The notes beneath the pieces were generated by a model. It saw nothing but the letters and a program-made list of their open reading frames with translations, searched no databases and had not been told where the DNA came from. The translations under genes were made by a program, and so were the position numbers. Shown in pieces: positions 40,270 to 54,927 of a stretch of 64,000 nt of DNA (its first letter is position 1; each line of letters opens with the position of its first letter). The stretch spans positions 48,484,001 to 48,548,000 of the forward strand of contig OZ024742.1 of NCBI GenBank assembly GCA_964016885.1, in the 5' to 3' direction. The DNA is from Eledone cirrhosa (lineage: Eukaryota).

Positions 40270-40865
40270 AACACTTTAATACATGAATACACTTACATCT
40301 GACTATACACATCAAACATATATATATATTTACTTATTTATATACATTTTCACATATATATATATATACATATGGTCGCTTTTAGACACATTCATTATAG
40401 CATATTCGCACCTATTCTCATCAGCATATCTTTCCATTATTAGTGTGGTAATTTAAGGTTACTAATATACATATATATGTTGAGAAGAAATTGTTTTTAT
40501 ATGTTTCTAACTAGATTGAGGTTTATATAGTTGGGGGGGTGTCCCTCTTTTATGTAATATATTCTCTATAAAAACCAAACAGGTCCTCAATAAAAGTATT
40601 CTGATGAAATGACAGTTGATAATAACATTGAAATAATGAATGTCTGCATAACTAATACTTTGTAGATAGCAGCTGTTTTCAGGTTATGTAACTGTTATTG
40701 AAACACGTGTCAATAAATTCCTTTTAACTAAACTGTATCCATTTAAATCCTTCTATTTTCTCCGGATTACTTTTGAAACTACAACTGGAACCGTCAAGCA
40801 ATCTCTGCGTGAGCTGTCCATCTACTGTGTGTAATATTCATATTACAACACTACGGAAAATACTG
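39538..40865 (+). mobile_element. Non-coding fold-back element with 194-bp inverted repeats, hammerhead and tail, within (TA)n
   Basis: 39538-39731 is inverted at 40559-40752; 827-bp microsatellite-rich spacer; ~113-bp tail, then (TA)n. Confidence 0.82.
40597..40715 (+). ncRNA. Type I hammerhead ribozyme with long stem II and palindromic stem III (GUC site)
   Basis: TATT-CTGATGA-AATGACAGTT...AACTGTTATT-GAAAC-ACGT-GTC-AATA. Confidence 0.82.
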
Positions 40866-40900
<35 letters not shown>

Positions 40901-40945
40901 GTATATATATATAGAGAGAGAATGTATATATATATGTAGAGAGAG

Positions 40946-41948
<1,003 letters not shown>

Positions 41949-42539
41949 ATAAAGTTGGAAGCAGCATGGAAGTATATTTAAAGAATCTGTTTTTCTTCTT
42001 TAATCCGACAATGTGTTTATTGAAAACAGGAGAAAAATATTATTTTTAAAAAAGCATTTTTTATATAAACTGCACAACAAATATTAGCGGTTTTGATGTT
42101 ATCAACTTTATCAAATATTAAAAGTTAAGAATTAACAATTAAAAATTAAAAATCAAGGGTTGAAGAAGGTCTCTTCATACTTTGTGTTCGGATGATGAAG
42201 GATCACTTTAGAAAACATTATATATATATATATATATTATACACTAAGAAGATATGTAGCTAATAGTGGCCACTACTGACTACCTAGCTTCACAGTGTGT
42301 ACAAATAATTTTTTTTTTTTTTTAAGTGACCCATTCATTATCCCAACAGAAATATAAACATCGCTGCAATGTCGGTGATTAACGAACACATACTCGAATT
42401 AATACACACACACATATATATTACTCATTTACTCTTTTACCTCTTCCAGCCATCCGGCTGAGGCTATGCTGGGGCACCGCATTTGTTCCTACACATTCTA
42501 TCTCCAGCCTGTGCTGGCTGGCCATTGGTGTAAGAGGGA

Positions 42540-43175
42540 TCTTGCTGTTGATGCCCTTAGGTTACCTTCGTAGCGGGATCCTGGATAGCATGGTGTCCAG
42601 ATGTTTCTTGAAAATACCCACATCCAGACCATGCAGACCTCCCAAATTTCTAGGCAGCTTGTTGAATATTTGATGGCCTTTGATCCCCAGGGTATTGCAA
42701 TATCTGCTCCTTATTCTAGATGTGAAAGACGGCAGCATTGGCACCACACAGTGACGTCCTGTTCGGGGGCTGGTCCAGGTCTCAATGGCAAAGTTTGTCC
42801 ATGGTTTTCCATATGTATATATCTGCGTATCTTTCCCGTTTTCTTTCGAGGGAGTAGAGGTTCAGTTCTTTTAGCTTCTCCCAGTATCCATCTCCCTCAT
42901 TGTGGCAATCCTCCTGCTGTAACTTTGTTGGATTGCTTCAAGCTCCGTGGTTAGTTTGATACTATGAGGTGAGCACAGCTGGGAGCAGTAATCCAGGCGG
43001 CTTAGGACAAGTGTCCTCCATAGTATCAACATGGACTATAGGTATATTGCTCGGAAAGTCCTCAAGATCCAGTCAGCGTGTCGCCTGCACATTGTCGCCA
43101 CCCTTATGATGTGTGAAGAAAAATATGTATCATCGTTCATGTGTATCCCCAGGTCTCGTACCGATTTCGACACGG
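42540..43175 (-). mobile_element. 3' fragment of a CR1/L2-group LINE
   Basis: Minus-strand peptides RDLGIHM, LWRTLVLSRLDYCSQL and IFNKLP...FKKHLDTMLSRIP. Confidence 0.65.
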
Positions 43176-43212
43176 GGATATATATATATACATAAGTTAA
43201 GATGAAAACAAA

Positions 43213-43255
<43 letters not shown>

Positions 43256-43325
43256 AATTTGTTTTAGTTCTTAACGTGCTGGATACCTAATTGTATTTGT
43301 GAGTGTATAATAAGAATATTATAAT

Positions 43326-43510
43326 AATTTGTTCTACTTTTGGCACAAGGTCAGCCATTTGCCCACTGCATTACTGGTGCTTTATTTCATCGACCCGGTA
43401 GGTATGAAAGGCAAAGTTAACCTCGGCAGGATAAGAACAGGAACTGTAACGTGCCGTAAGTCTATGCTGCAAGGCATGGTGTCCGACCCTCTAGCAATAG
43501 TTCTAACACA
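43326..43510 (-). mobile_element. tRNA-like SINE copy
   Basis: Same family as 26133-26317 (TTCTACTTTTGGCACAAGG...GAAAGGCAAAGTTAACCTCGGC...GTGTCCGACCCTCTA). Confidence 0.8.
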
Positions 43511-44094
43511 ATAATATTATAATAATATAATATTATTAATATTTTTTGTGTGTACAATTAAACACCCTCATAGAACACCACATGGTAGATGACAACATCA
43601 TCCTTTGTTACAGAGATAGTTGAGAGACAAGATCAACAATAGACAATGGTTTCGGTGTGTCTTGCTCCTTGTGAAGATTGTGTATTCTCCTCGCTTGCTA
43701 CCTGTTAGAGCTGCTGAGAATACACAAATGCATACATCAGCTGATTAACCTCATTTGCATACCAAGCGATATTAATCAATTCATACATTATTCAATGTCT
43801 TCTTAAATGAATAAAGAAACCGTAGGTAATATTTGAGGCAATGTGACTCCTTTTTCTCAATCGAGAACATTTACAAACGCGTTATGTGTCCAGTTTAATT
43901 TTTGTTGAGTTAGAGATCAGCACTTATTTAGAGCACCTATGGTAAAAATCATTCCTAGTTGTAGCCATACAACTAATGTTGAATGAAGCCTAAACCACAT
44001 TGTCCAATACGTCCTTTTCTAAAATATATGTTGTGGGGGGCAAGAGTGAATGAAGTAGAAATATAAGGCTTCAACAAGAAAGATTGCTCAATAC

Positions 44095-44163
<69 letters not shown>

Positions 44164-44868
44164 CATACCTGCTTATATATATATATATACATACCTGCTT
44201 GCGGAAAACTAACGATGCACACCAGGTCCGAACACCGAAGAGTCGAAACCTCACTGTAATCTGTTGCAGTGATTTACGGAACTCCACAGTTTGACATCAC
44301 AATAGAAAACCATTGGTTCTCCAATTGACAACATCGAATGTTGTTTATGATGATGGTGGTCGTCGTACCTATTTCTTTATAAGATATTACCACCATGTAT
44401 TCATATATTGACAAGTTTCAATTATTTTGAATTAGAATATTCGAATTTAATTTAGTACAAATTTTCATTTAGTTTAACAAATTCAATTTAGTTTAAAACT
44501 AAATTCGATTGAGATGTTGTTCTGGAATTTGTTTTGATATTGGTAAAATTAGTTATCGAGGTGGCGTCGGCCCAGCCGCGGCTTTGGTGTGGAAGGTGAT
44601 GTCTGTGGCACTCTTGGTGGTATTATTGTTAGTTATACTTCTGGCATTAGTGGTATACCGTATACGAGGGTGGTGGTTGTGTAAATCGTCTTTCTGTCTT
44701 TTTAGTTCTTATTGATTCAGTTGTTCACTTTGTTTTGTTGCTTAAGAAGCAAGTATAAGTTGAATAAATGTGAAATTAATTTTTCCTTCTTTAATCAAAA
44801 TAATTTATGGCAGTACACATATAGTGTTTATTTTCCGTTCCTGTCTCATATAACTATGTTTTCAGTAA

Positions 44869-45360
44869 TCTATATATATAAAACTGTAGTTGTCTGTCTG
44901 TGTGCATGTCCTCATTTTTGCAAAGTCTATACAAATTCACATTTCTACTCCGATTGACTTCAAACTTGCATTTCTATATTCATTGCGGTCTAAAGATATT
45001 AACTGCAGCTTTTATTTTTCTATTTTCTGTTGTTAACGGGGTGTTAGGCGCCGGTTATCGATGTCCGTCGAGCCCTTATAAAATCTGTCTGTGCGTCTGC
45101 TGTCTGCCTGCATTACGTCACTGCTGACGTATTATCTTCCCTACATTCACACACACACACACACGCACACATGCATGCATATATATTTATATATGCATAT
45201 ATATACATATATATATATATATATACATATACAAACACATATATATATATATACATATACAAACACATATACATATATATACATATACAAACACATATAC
45301 ACACATATATATATATACGCATATACATATATATATATAAATATACACATAAACTATAAC

Positions 45361-45397
<37 letters not shown>

Positions 45398-45423
45398 ACA
45401 CACATACACACACACACACACAT

Positions 45424-45469
<46 letters not shown>

Positions 45470-46632
45470 TTATTTATTAAAATAACAGATTAATGTTTGA
45501 GCAAAGAATCGGCGCTTTCACCCATAACGGGATCTTCTGAAACTAAAAATATCAATCTGTGAACGCAGAAATAAATATTTCGAAAAACGTCGCAAACGAA
45601 GGAAGACAGAAAGACGATACTTTGGTTTGTGCAGACGTTCCCTGGCAATGAACGGAAAAACAGGAAGATAATGCGTCATTATTTAGAGCGTTGAGAACAA
45701 TTGCACACAAAGCTAAACTACGTTTATGATATAAATGAAGTCGTTGACTAATATTCTATTTAGGTGGTTTGTGGAGACGTTCCCTGGCAATGAACGGAAA
45801 AAGAACGAAGATAATACGTCATTATGTGGAACGTTGAGAACAATTACACACAAAGCCAAACTACGTTTATGATATAAATGAAGTCGTAGACTAAAATTCT
45901 ATTTAGGAAACCAAATTATTCTCGGCTTAGGTCGCTTTAACCCGTCTTTTATTATTCAAAAAACTTCTTGCCAATAAACATTATCCCTTTGTGCGCCATT
46001 CATCTAACTGTAGACCAACAAATACCAACTTAACGGAACGTGGACAAGAACGATGGCGAATGAATCTTCAAGGTAAGCAGTTTCCTCCCGAGCTGTTAGT
46101 TCACTCGGGGTTCTCTGCTACACCTTTTCGTAATAATACCGAATAAAGTACTGCTGGTCACTCCTACCTCCAAAAGCCGTACAAAGCGGACATGTGCATC
46201 GGTTCGATGGATCGGGTGCAAATCTACACCAGGCCTACGCGAGAAATTCGCAAGGGACTGCACCGAGAGGGATAGTGAGAAAGAATAACTTAGTCAAAAG
46301 AGTGCGAATGAAATGTTGAGGTAAGTAGCCTACCCCTTACTGCTATGGCACTGGAACGTTCTGCCCACTTAACCTGTGACTTTCTCGTTCACATTTACTC
46401 CAAAAGGCCAAAACAGAGGAGTATGAAAAGAAGAGGCTCAACAATATTTCTACGAGCAATGCACGTAGACAGCTAAACTGTACTTTCAACTTCATAATTT
46501 TCTCAAAATAAAACAAGTTTCTTCTCGGTATATTTTCGTGAGTTTTTAACAGTCACTCACAAATACATGTTTCTCATTGTAGGTGGTATTTACCAATGTT
46601 CTTACCCGTGCAACGCCGGAATACACTGCTAG
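44869..46632 (+). mobile_element. Non-autonomous Helitron-like element with nested microsatellite and repeat
   Basis: Starts A|TCTATATATATAAAA...GTCTGTCTG; ends with hairpin CCGTGCAACGCCGG then GCTAG|T (A-T insertion site, no TSD). Confidence 0.65.
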
Positions 46633-46636
46633 TATG

Positions 46637-46711
<75 letters not shown>

Positions 46712-46719
46712 GTATACAT

Positions 46720-46750
<31 letters not shown>

Positions 46751-47289
46751 AATATTTGAGTGTATGTGTGTGTGTGTGTATGTGTGTGTGTGTGTCTGTG
46801 TGTATTTGTGTGTGCGTGTGTGTTGTTGTTGTGTGCGTGTATAAGTATTTTTGAGTGTAGATATACAGACGCACACGCAAACATATACAACAAGGCAATC
46901 AAGTATACATTTACAAGTTGGCCATATAAATACTCTTGATCATTGCTTGCTGAGTATACGTCTTCTTCTTCTTCTTGACATCAAAATCTTAGAACAGGGC
47001 TTCCAGTGGGTCCTGTCTTAAGCAACCGTTTCCAGTAGATCTGTCATGATCCCCAAGCGCGTCCAGTCAGGCTCATAGATGTTATCTATCCCTGAATGTC
47101 CAATCAGTAAGTTTTATCTGTAAAATCTATCCAGCGATTCTTTGATGAGATATTCTATAGTTCCATAATATTGGAGCTGTGATCTCACAATTTTGAGTAA
47201 AGCAGTATATGGGCCAATCTTGTATCCTATAATTTTCTAATTTTCATACAGGACCAGTAAATTTCAGGAAAAAAGGAAAGTCGGTTAAA

Positions 47290-47417
47290 CTGGTATTCAG
47301 ATTTTACTCAATGTTATCTACCTCCGAAGAATGAAAGGCAAAGTTGACCTCGTCCGGATTTGAACTCAAAAATAGAGGAACCAAACCTCTTCAAACGATT
47401 TTGCTAATCCACTGCCT
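47290..47417 (-). mobile_element. Partial SINE copy
   Basis: GAATGAAAGGCAAAGTTGACCTCG..CGGATTTGAACTC. Confidence 0.65.
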
Positions 47418-48367
47418 TCAATTCTCCTATTTTATATTATAATAATTATCCTCTTTTTCCGTGTATCATGTTATAACACCCTAGATTATGAATACTCTTT
47501 GTATAATAAGTACACACGTAAAAACATTATACCTTCAGAATCAGCATGAAACGAAAATGTGATAATATTTCAACCATAAACTCCAACAGTATCTCGAAGC
47601 ACGAAAGCATTGCTCAATACACCATTAAAATTAAGGATCTACACATTAGACTTAAAAATTAAAAAGAAATCTGGGAGTGTTTCATCGATTCTATGCAACA
47701 TAATCTACTAATCTAAGTGCTATGAATTAGTAAAAAATGTAATGGAATATCAGAAAGTAAAGTCTTACATAATTACCAGGCACGGTTTATATGCAGCAAC
47801 AAATAAAAGCAGTGTTCATACAGCTTTGTCTATAAGAACAAAGGTATCTTGCTTGCTTGCAATTTATGTCCACAGCTATGAGTTGCTCTAAAATCTTGCT
47901 ATCCAGAAAATATATGAAGATTGATAATAGTTCTGAAATACTGATATCTAACATTTCCACATAGCAACAGATTCACTGCAACTTAATTATAGCTTAAAAC
48001 ACCCATAGCATGACTAATGTATACATAAACATATTGAATATGAATTTGTTTTAAAATATTTTCTGAATCAAACTAATTAATGCGAGTCATTCAAATCTGC
48101 ACTATACAGAGGATAAACAACTCCACACATGTACCATTAACAAAAGCTATGGGATATAGCTTATTATTTCTTCAACACCGTGTTAATCGATGCCACTGAA
48201 GATGGATAAACGTTGTTTCTGGTGTTATCGTATGTCCACTGAGATAGCTGTGACATGGTCACCGCTTATAATACACTTAGTGAGATATAAACATATTACA
48301 TATGTTTTCAAATACACATATATTATAGATCAGTATATGTTAGTGCTATTGCTAATGATATATATAC

Positions 48368-48370
<3 letters not shown>

Positions 48371-48446
<76 letters not shown>
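48371..48446. repeat. (CT)n microsatellite
   Basis: Read directly from the sequence. Confidence 0.95.
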
Positions 48447-48461
<15 letters not shown>

Positions 48462-49841
48462 ATATATGGTGGGAGAGGGCTATGTATGTGTCAGTATGTG
48501 TCGATGTATATGTGTAAATATATACATATTCATATCAATATGTATAGCGATAATCTTCACGCAGAACAATTTATACATATATGCGTATTTGTCTTTTTTC
48601 CTGTCTCTAAGAGTTAGTGTGATAATATGTGCATAGATTCCGATATGTTTTCACTACATCATGAATAGTATTGCTATAGCTGGTTGCAATCGCCATTATA
48701 GTTCATCCTCATATATGATACTATAGTGAAAAGGATAACACCTTCTACTATATTACAGCTAGTCGAATTCATTCATCTTATTATTCTTCAAACAAGAAAA
48801 TTCCTTGTTCAAGAAATGAAGGGTAATAAAATGTGTTATTGCGCTTAACTCTGAAAAGAAAAATAATAATCTTATTTTCAATTCCACGAACTCCATTAAG
48901 CAGGCAATCGGGTGTCAAATGCCTTGGCGCTTTTCTCTGTCATTTTGTTTCATTTGGGATCAAAGAACTAATTGGAATTTCTGTAATATTCTTTAACATC
49001 ATGCAAATGTTATCGCTGAAACATTGGACTTTTTTTTTGTCATCATAAACTGAGTTAATTCCACGGGTTTCAAGACGACGGTGCCTTATCTTGTACCTCA
49101 TTTGCATACATTACAATGTTTTCTGTTTTCATATATGATTACAGATGCGTGTTGAATATTCTCAACGGGAAGCTGTTGGTGATTGCATAATTTCATTCAA
49201 GACATGCAATTTCATTTATGATTTTTTTGTTGCTCAATGAAGCATTCATCTAAACTTCTCCATAACTTATTCATACAGCATGCAAGGTTTTCAATATAAA
49301 CTTGTGCACATTTACCGACTACCTACTGAGTAACCCAAACAAGCATGGAAGATTTTTATTTTCCTCGGTGAACACCGAAATATCACATGATGTATTAACT
49401 GATAGATTAAGTATAACTACAGTATTCATAGAAATATCTATCGGCGGGGTTCTAACAGGATCAACAACCTGCCTTATGAATGTTTGACACAAGATACGTT
49501 ATTTCGCTAACGTATTAAACATGTATATGTTTAGCTTCATGTTAAACGACAGTTTCTTTTTATTTGTTTTTAAGTTTTCTTTGATCTATCTTGCGATATA
49601 TATTGATGCACCCCCCACCCCCACCCCCACACACAAACACACACACACACACACAAAACACACACACACACACATACTCACACGTATATACGTTTGTGTG
49701 TATGCGCAAGTGTCTGTATATGTCTGACTGTCTATCACTCTGTATATATATATATATGTATATATATATGTATATATATGTATATATATATATGAATAAA
49801 GTTAGTCCTTCATCAGTATGATGTGTGTCTGTGTGTATGTA

Positions 49842-49906
<65 letters not shown>

Positions 49907-50194
49907 CCGCACGAAGTCCCCTTCTCCTAAAATTAGTAAAACAAAAATATAATTTAAAGCTTCTATGTTATCGGGATTTTCTTTCCCTTACATATACGCT
50001 GACTAAATCACCAGAACATCAGACAGAATTTCTGAACGGCTATCTACGCAATTATTTAGCTGCCCTTCCTTCATTGTTGCCTTCATCCAGGGCCCTTATG
50101 ACCCAGGATGTTACACATCCCACGTAAAACTTCAAGCAAAGTATTCTATCAAATTCTCATTTGAAAACCCCATTGTTTACATATATATATATAT

Positions 50195-50800
50195 GTCAGG
50201 TCACCAGTTGGTGCTACCGGAAACATGTATTCCAGTACAACCTGTCCCATGGTCGGGTCGTTGGCGACTAAACTGGCAACCCCACCAAGGTTTCTTGGTG
50301 AGGAGGGTGACTTTGGACATCCTGCAGGACTAAAAACAAAACCTGTCAAAGGGCAAAGGAGCTCTTAAGGGTCAATGGCCATCCAAAATCACCGGGAGAG
50401 ATGACCCCTTAGCCTTTGTCAAGGCAGAATTCTAGGAGAAGGAAAACTCTGATATAGCACCTGCAACCCTGATGGTATCCAATGATGTTGACTTGTTCTT
50501 CTTTTTGGTAAATATCATCTTGGTTAAGAGAGTGGGACTGGCTTTGTGCAGTGCCTTTGCTCACTATAAAAGCTTCACGGCACAGGCACTGCTTTATATC
50601 TGGAGATCTCTCTGCACTTGTCGTCACATGGTACCATGGGCCCAGCACTATGTGTCAATAATTTTCACAAGTGTAGTGTTTGTACCAGAGGTTTCAAGTC
50701 GCTGGCTGGACTAAAAAGTCACACTCGTTCAGCGCATCGGTAGGGGTTCTCCTACAGGGATATAAAGTAGTGGCCGTACTCGAAAACGAGTTGGCAGCCA

Positions 50801-50803
<3 letters not shown>
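50195..50803 (+). repeat. Second copy of the 38795-39294 interspersed repeat
   Basis: Block-wise similarity to 38795-39294; flanked by (TA)n. Confidence 0.75.
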
Positions 50804-50885
<82 letters not shown>

Positions 50886-50920
50886 ATAGGATAGCTGTGT
50901 TGTTGCTAGTTAAGTTAAAA

Positions 50921-51166
50921 AATGGAATGAGAATAAGAAGAAAGCAAGAACGGAGGGTGGGAGGAGTTTTCCTCCACAGATATTTCAACACTTTAACTAC
51001 AATATACCTACCCTCCTCCGTTTCCCTAAAATCTTACTCAGTTATTGAACGCTCTGGGAGTAGATAAATTGTCTTTAAAGCGTTGAAATATCCGAGAACC
51101 CCAGTAGACACCTGACGAGGACCCCCCCCCCGCCAGTTCTTGCTTTCTTCTTATTCTTATTCCATT
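50921..51166. repeat. Degenerate inverted repeat (31-bp outer arms plus an inner TTGAAATATC block)
   Basis: 50921-50951 vs 51136-51166 with 1 mismatch; GATATTTCAACACTTTA vs TAAAGCGTTGAAATATC. Confidence 0.7.
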
Positions 51167-51259
51167 CGTAAGCCTATATATATTTATGTGTGTGTGAGTG
51201 TGTAAGTATGTGTGCGTAAGTGTGTATATATATATATAAATATGTGTGTGGGTAAGTGT

Positions 51260-51469
<210 letters not shown>

Positions 51470-51971
51470 TGGACTCAGCTGTCGTATATTGACGCATGAA
51501 GATTTAAAAGTCTCCTCAGTTAATTTATTTACGGTTATGGCTTATATATGTATGTTTGTATGAGTATGCGCGTACGTGATCATTGATGATTTGCTAACAC
51601 TGCTTTTGTTTGCGTTATGATTCCTACAACTGGTATGTTGTTTTATGCTTATTAGTGTTTTTGGATATGTTCATTTGTGGCCATGTTTTAGTGTGTCTAT
51701 ATTTCTTAGGCACATATATTTATTACCGTAATTATCAGCGTTTTTAATCGGTGTCATTACCATAAGTTATCTCCCTTTTTGTTTGAAAGGCTCGACATTT
51801 TTAAATTTGTAGCGTACCGTATTTTCATCTGACTTAACAAATATACTTATATTTTCACAATTTGTTGACACAATTTACAATATTATGAAAACATTAACTG
51901 TCCATTTAGTTAATTCTGTTATTATTTTAGAATTTCTGCCAATATGAACTGATACATCGAATTTAATCGCC

Positions 51972-52110
51972 TGTTTTTCCTGATGAGATTAAGAAGATAG
52001 ATTGATGGATAATCTTTATGTTTATTACATCAATAATGCAAACATGTTACCGTTTATTATGGACTAATTATAGATTTATCTTCATTAATCGAAACAGTTG
52101 TTGAAAAATA
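51972..52110 (+). ncRNA. Type I hammerhead ribozyme with long stem II (GUU site)
   Basis: Stem I TGTTTTTC/GAAAAATA; CTGATGA at 51980; stem II GATTAA-GAAGATAGAT/ATTTATCTTC-A-TTAATC; GAAAC-AGTT-GTT at 52091-52102. Confidence 0.78.
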
Positions 52111-52559
52111 ATTGATTTTGAATCGAGTTATTTTGTTGACTTACTTTAAACATTATACTATGTTCTGTAACAATGTTTATCTTCAATTGTTCTGATCTTA
52201 CATCATAGTTTACTAACTTATGTTAGTTTCATTTGCATAACTGCTGATAGTTCTTATACAGATCTCGATACATATGACTTAAGGGGATAACTCCATTCAT
52301 AATTTTAATAGACTGTGTGTCAGCAAAATTATCACGGTCACATATCTTAATCCTTCCTAAAACCAATAAACTAATCAATTTGCAATTTTCGATGTTTCCA
52401 TATAGTACGTCTGGACATACAGACACCTGATTTTGCAAGAATCAGTGAAATATCTATTAAGATACTTAGCTAGGAAGTGAAATCATTTTTCGCCAGCCTC
52501 ACCATTTCTTCCCAACTTAACAATGTTGAGTGGGCTAAATCGTCCAGGCCTTTAGTAAT

Positions 52560-53635
52560 TGTAGCAACATTCCTTCTCTGGCTTCCATCTTCAAAGTCCA
52601 TTCAAGAACCATGAAGAGAATTGTGAGGCACCTTGTTACTCCGGGACAAAATATTAGAAGGTTGGAAAGGGCGAACCTCATCTTGAGAAAGTGAAACATT
52701 ATCCTGGAGTAATCTTTTACTCAGATCAGAAGAATGTCATCCACAACACGCAAACAAACAGACTCAACAGCCGCGTTCTGGTTTCAGATCCTCACGAGAG
52801 AGACACAAATGCCGTTTTCAGGTGCAAAAAGCCTGCCAAATTGATGATTTTTGCCTCTGATGAAAAGAAGATGCCATTGCTCATGTTTGAGGAGGCTGAG
52901 TGTCTGACAGGAGTTCGTTATGTTCAGGTTTTGAAATATGTAAAAACCTAGATGGTTTCTGAATATCATGAGGCAAGAGTCAAGGGTTACCCCAACAAGA
53001 ACGCTAAGAAATTCAAATTTACATTACAGCAAGACGGAGCTACCTGTCACATACGTGCAGTGGCATAAACATTTCTCAGGGATGAGTCTCGGCACAGGTT
53101 TTGGAATAAGGACACATGGTCCACTTCTTCACATGATTTGAATCTTCAGCATCTGGAATGAAAAGAAAAGCTCTTGAGAAGCCCCAATATAACATGCAAG
53201 CCCTCAAAATCCCCATCCGTAGGATATAGTAGGAAGGCATTGATGAGTAATTCATTAAGTAAGCTTGTGGTGCAGTCAGAAAGAGGGTTGAGGAAGTCAT
53301 TGTCAAAAGAGGAGCAACTCTTGATGCCTAACAGGTAAGATTTCGGCCACGATTGTCTCTGGCACTTTGGAATACAATTTAAGCTTCGATATCAAACTTT
53401 ATTCTAAACCTTTATGAGCTACCAATCCTGAGCTATCGTTAATTATTTATAAAAATGGCATTTTCGTTCATGATCAACTTCATCAGGAATTCTTCTGGTG
53501 AGGTTGGAGAGTAATCAACATTTTTCTTGCTCAAACCCCCTGATAATTCCATTAAGATTTATTTAAGCATTCCTAAAATACAGAAGTTCGAAGTTGAATC
53601 TAAATTTTGGACAATGTTGCTGGTACACCCGGTAT
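52560..53635 (+). mobile_element. Decayed Tc1/mariner-superfamily transposon (maT/DD37D-like)
   Basis: IFYSDQK, FTLQQDGATCH and FWNKDTWSTSSHDLN (WPPSSPDLN-like); right end TGGTACACCCGG|TA. Confidence 0.7.
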
Positions 53636-54330
53636 ATATATATAACATTGAAGTCCATGCATTGTTTTCGTATTTAATCATGGATTCTATTATTTTAGTT
53701 TTAAACATCATTCAATTCAGGCATTCTTTTCATAAAATATATTTATCTCCGTCACTTCAAATATTCTTTATTTCTTGAAATAACTCGATATCCAATGCCA
53801 TTCTATATTTACTCTTCTGAGAGTATTATCATAATCCATACTATGTTACTCACTATATAATATTTTATTTCGTATTAAAAAACACAACTTTATACAGGAT
53901 AGTTAACAGCTAAGTGTGTTGGCGGTAAATTCCTCTTTCAGTTTATGTTATATTATAGTTGACATTTAACTAAATAAAATATTTATCTATTTATTTCGAT
54001 AATTCTCTTGGCCATGATGTGAATACCACATAATAGAAATTCTATTTCCATAAATATTTCGAGTGTTATATAACTTAAAGACATGAAATATGTAATGCGA
54101 TTTGTCTCCCCTTTAATGTAAGACACATGTGCGTTTATGTAAATACATACTGCTAGGTATGTAGACACATGTATATGAATTATAGTTATTCATCACCCAG
54201 ATGATTACAGTAGAACATGGTATAGATATTTAGAATTATATGAATTAAGCGTATTTACGGATTTATTATATACATACATGCATACATAAAATTATAAAAT
54301 CAGAAGGACATACATATATAAATACCAACT

Positions 54331-54363
<33 letters not shown>

Positions 54364-54864
54364 GTATGTATTAATAATAACTGAGATTGCATTGATTGCA
54401 TTTAGCCACATAGAGCGATAACTATTTGTTAGTTATTTGAATATGGCAAAGCCGGCCATTAATCACTCGTAAACGTGAAATAGACTGGCCTATCTGCTGA
54501 TATGCTAATCAGTCTGATAAGTGGATCTGCTAATATGTATATCTGACTGATCAACCAGTATGCTAATATGCAAATCAGGCCGATCTGTCGGTGTATATTT
54601 CAGAAAATTTCATGTATTTTCACCAGCTCTGACAGTGGGTAGGTGAGCATAAACGGTACTGATAAAGGGTTATCACCGAGAAATATTAGTGTCTGCAGTT
54701 CTGTTTGCATGCCAACACTAGTGCAAGACTGAGGCGCTCATTCTACTGACATGGCTTAAAAGAGGGTGTTTGCATAATTGCAAAGGAATGGAATATTATT
54801 ATTAATATTCGAAAACCCCAGATTACATTTATTTTATTCAGCCATATAGAGCGATAACTATTTG

Positions 54865-54927
<63 letters not shown>

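Noticed and set aside
45595-45910. Repeat-spacer-like pattern resembling a CRISPR array
   Set aside because: Only a two-unit ~140-bp tandem duplication in eukaryotic repeat DNA, with no unique spacers and no cas genes.
46975-47220. Possible RTE-like 3' fragment, similar to 59950-60190
   Set aside because: Similarity (AAAGAATCGCTGGATAGATT, GATAACATC.ATGAG) is visible but too decayed to classify.
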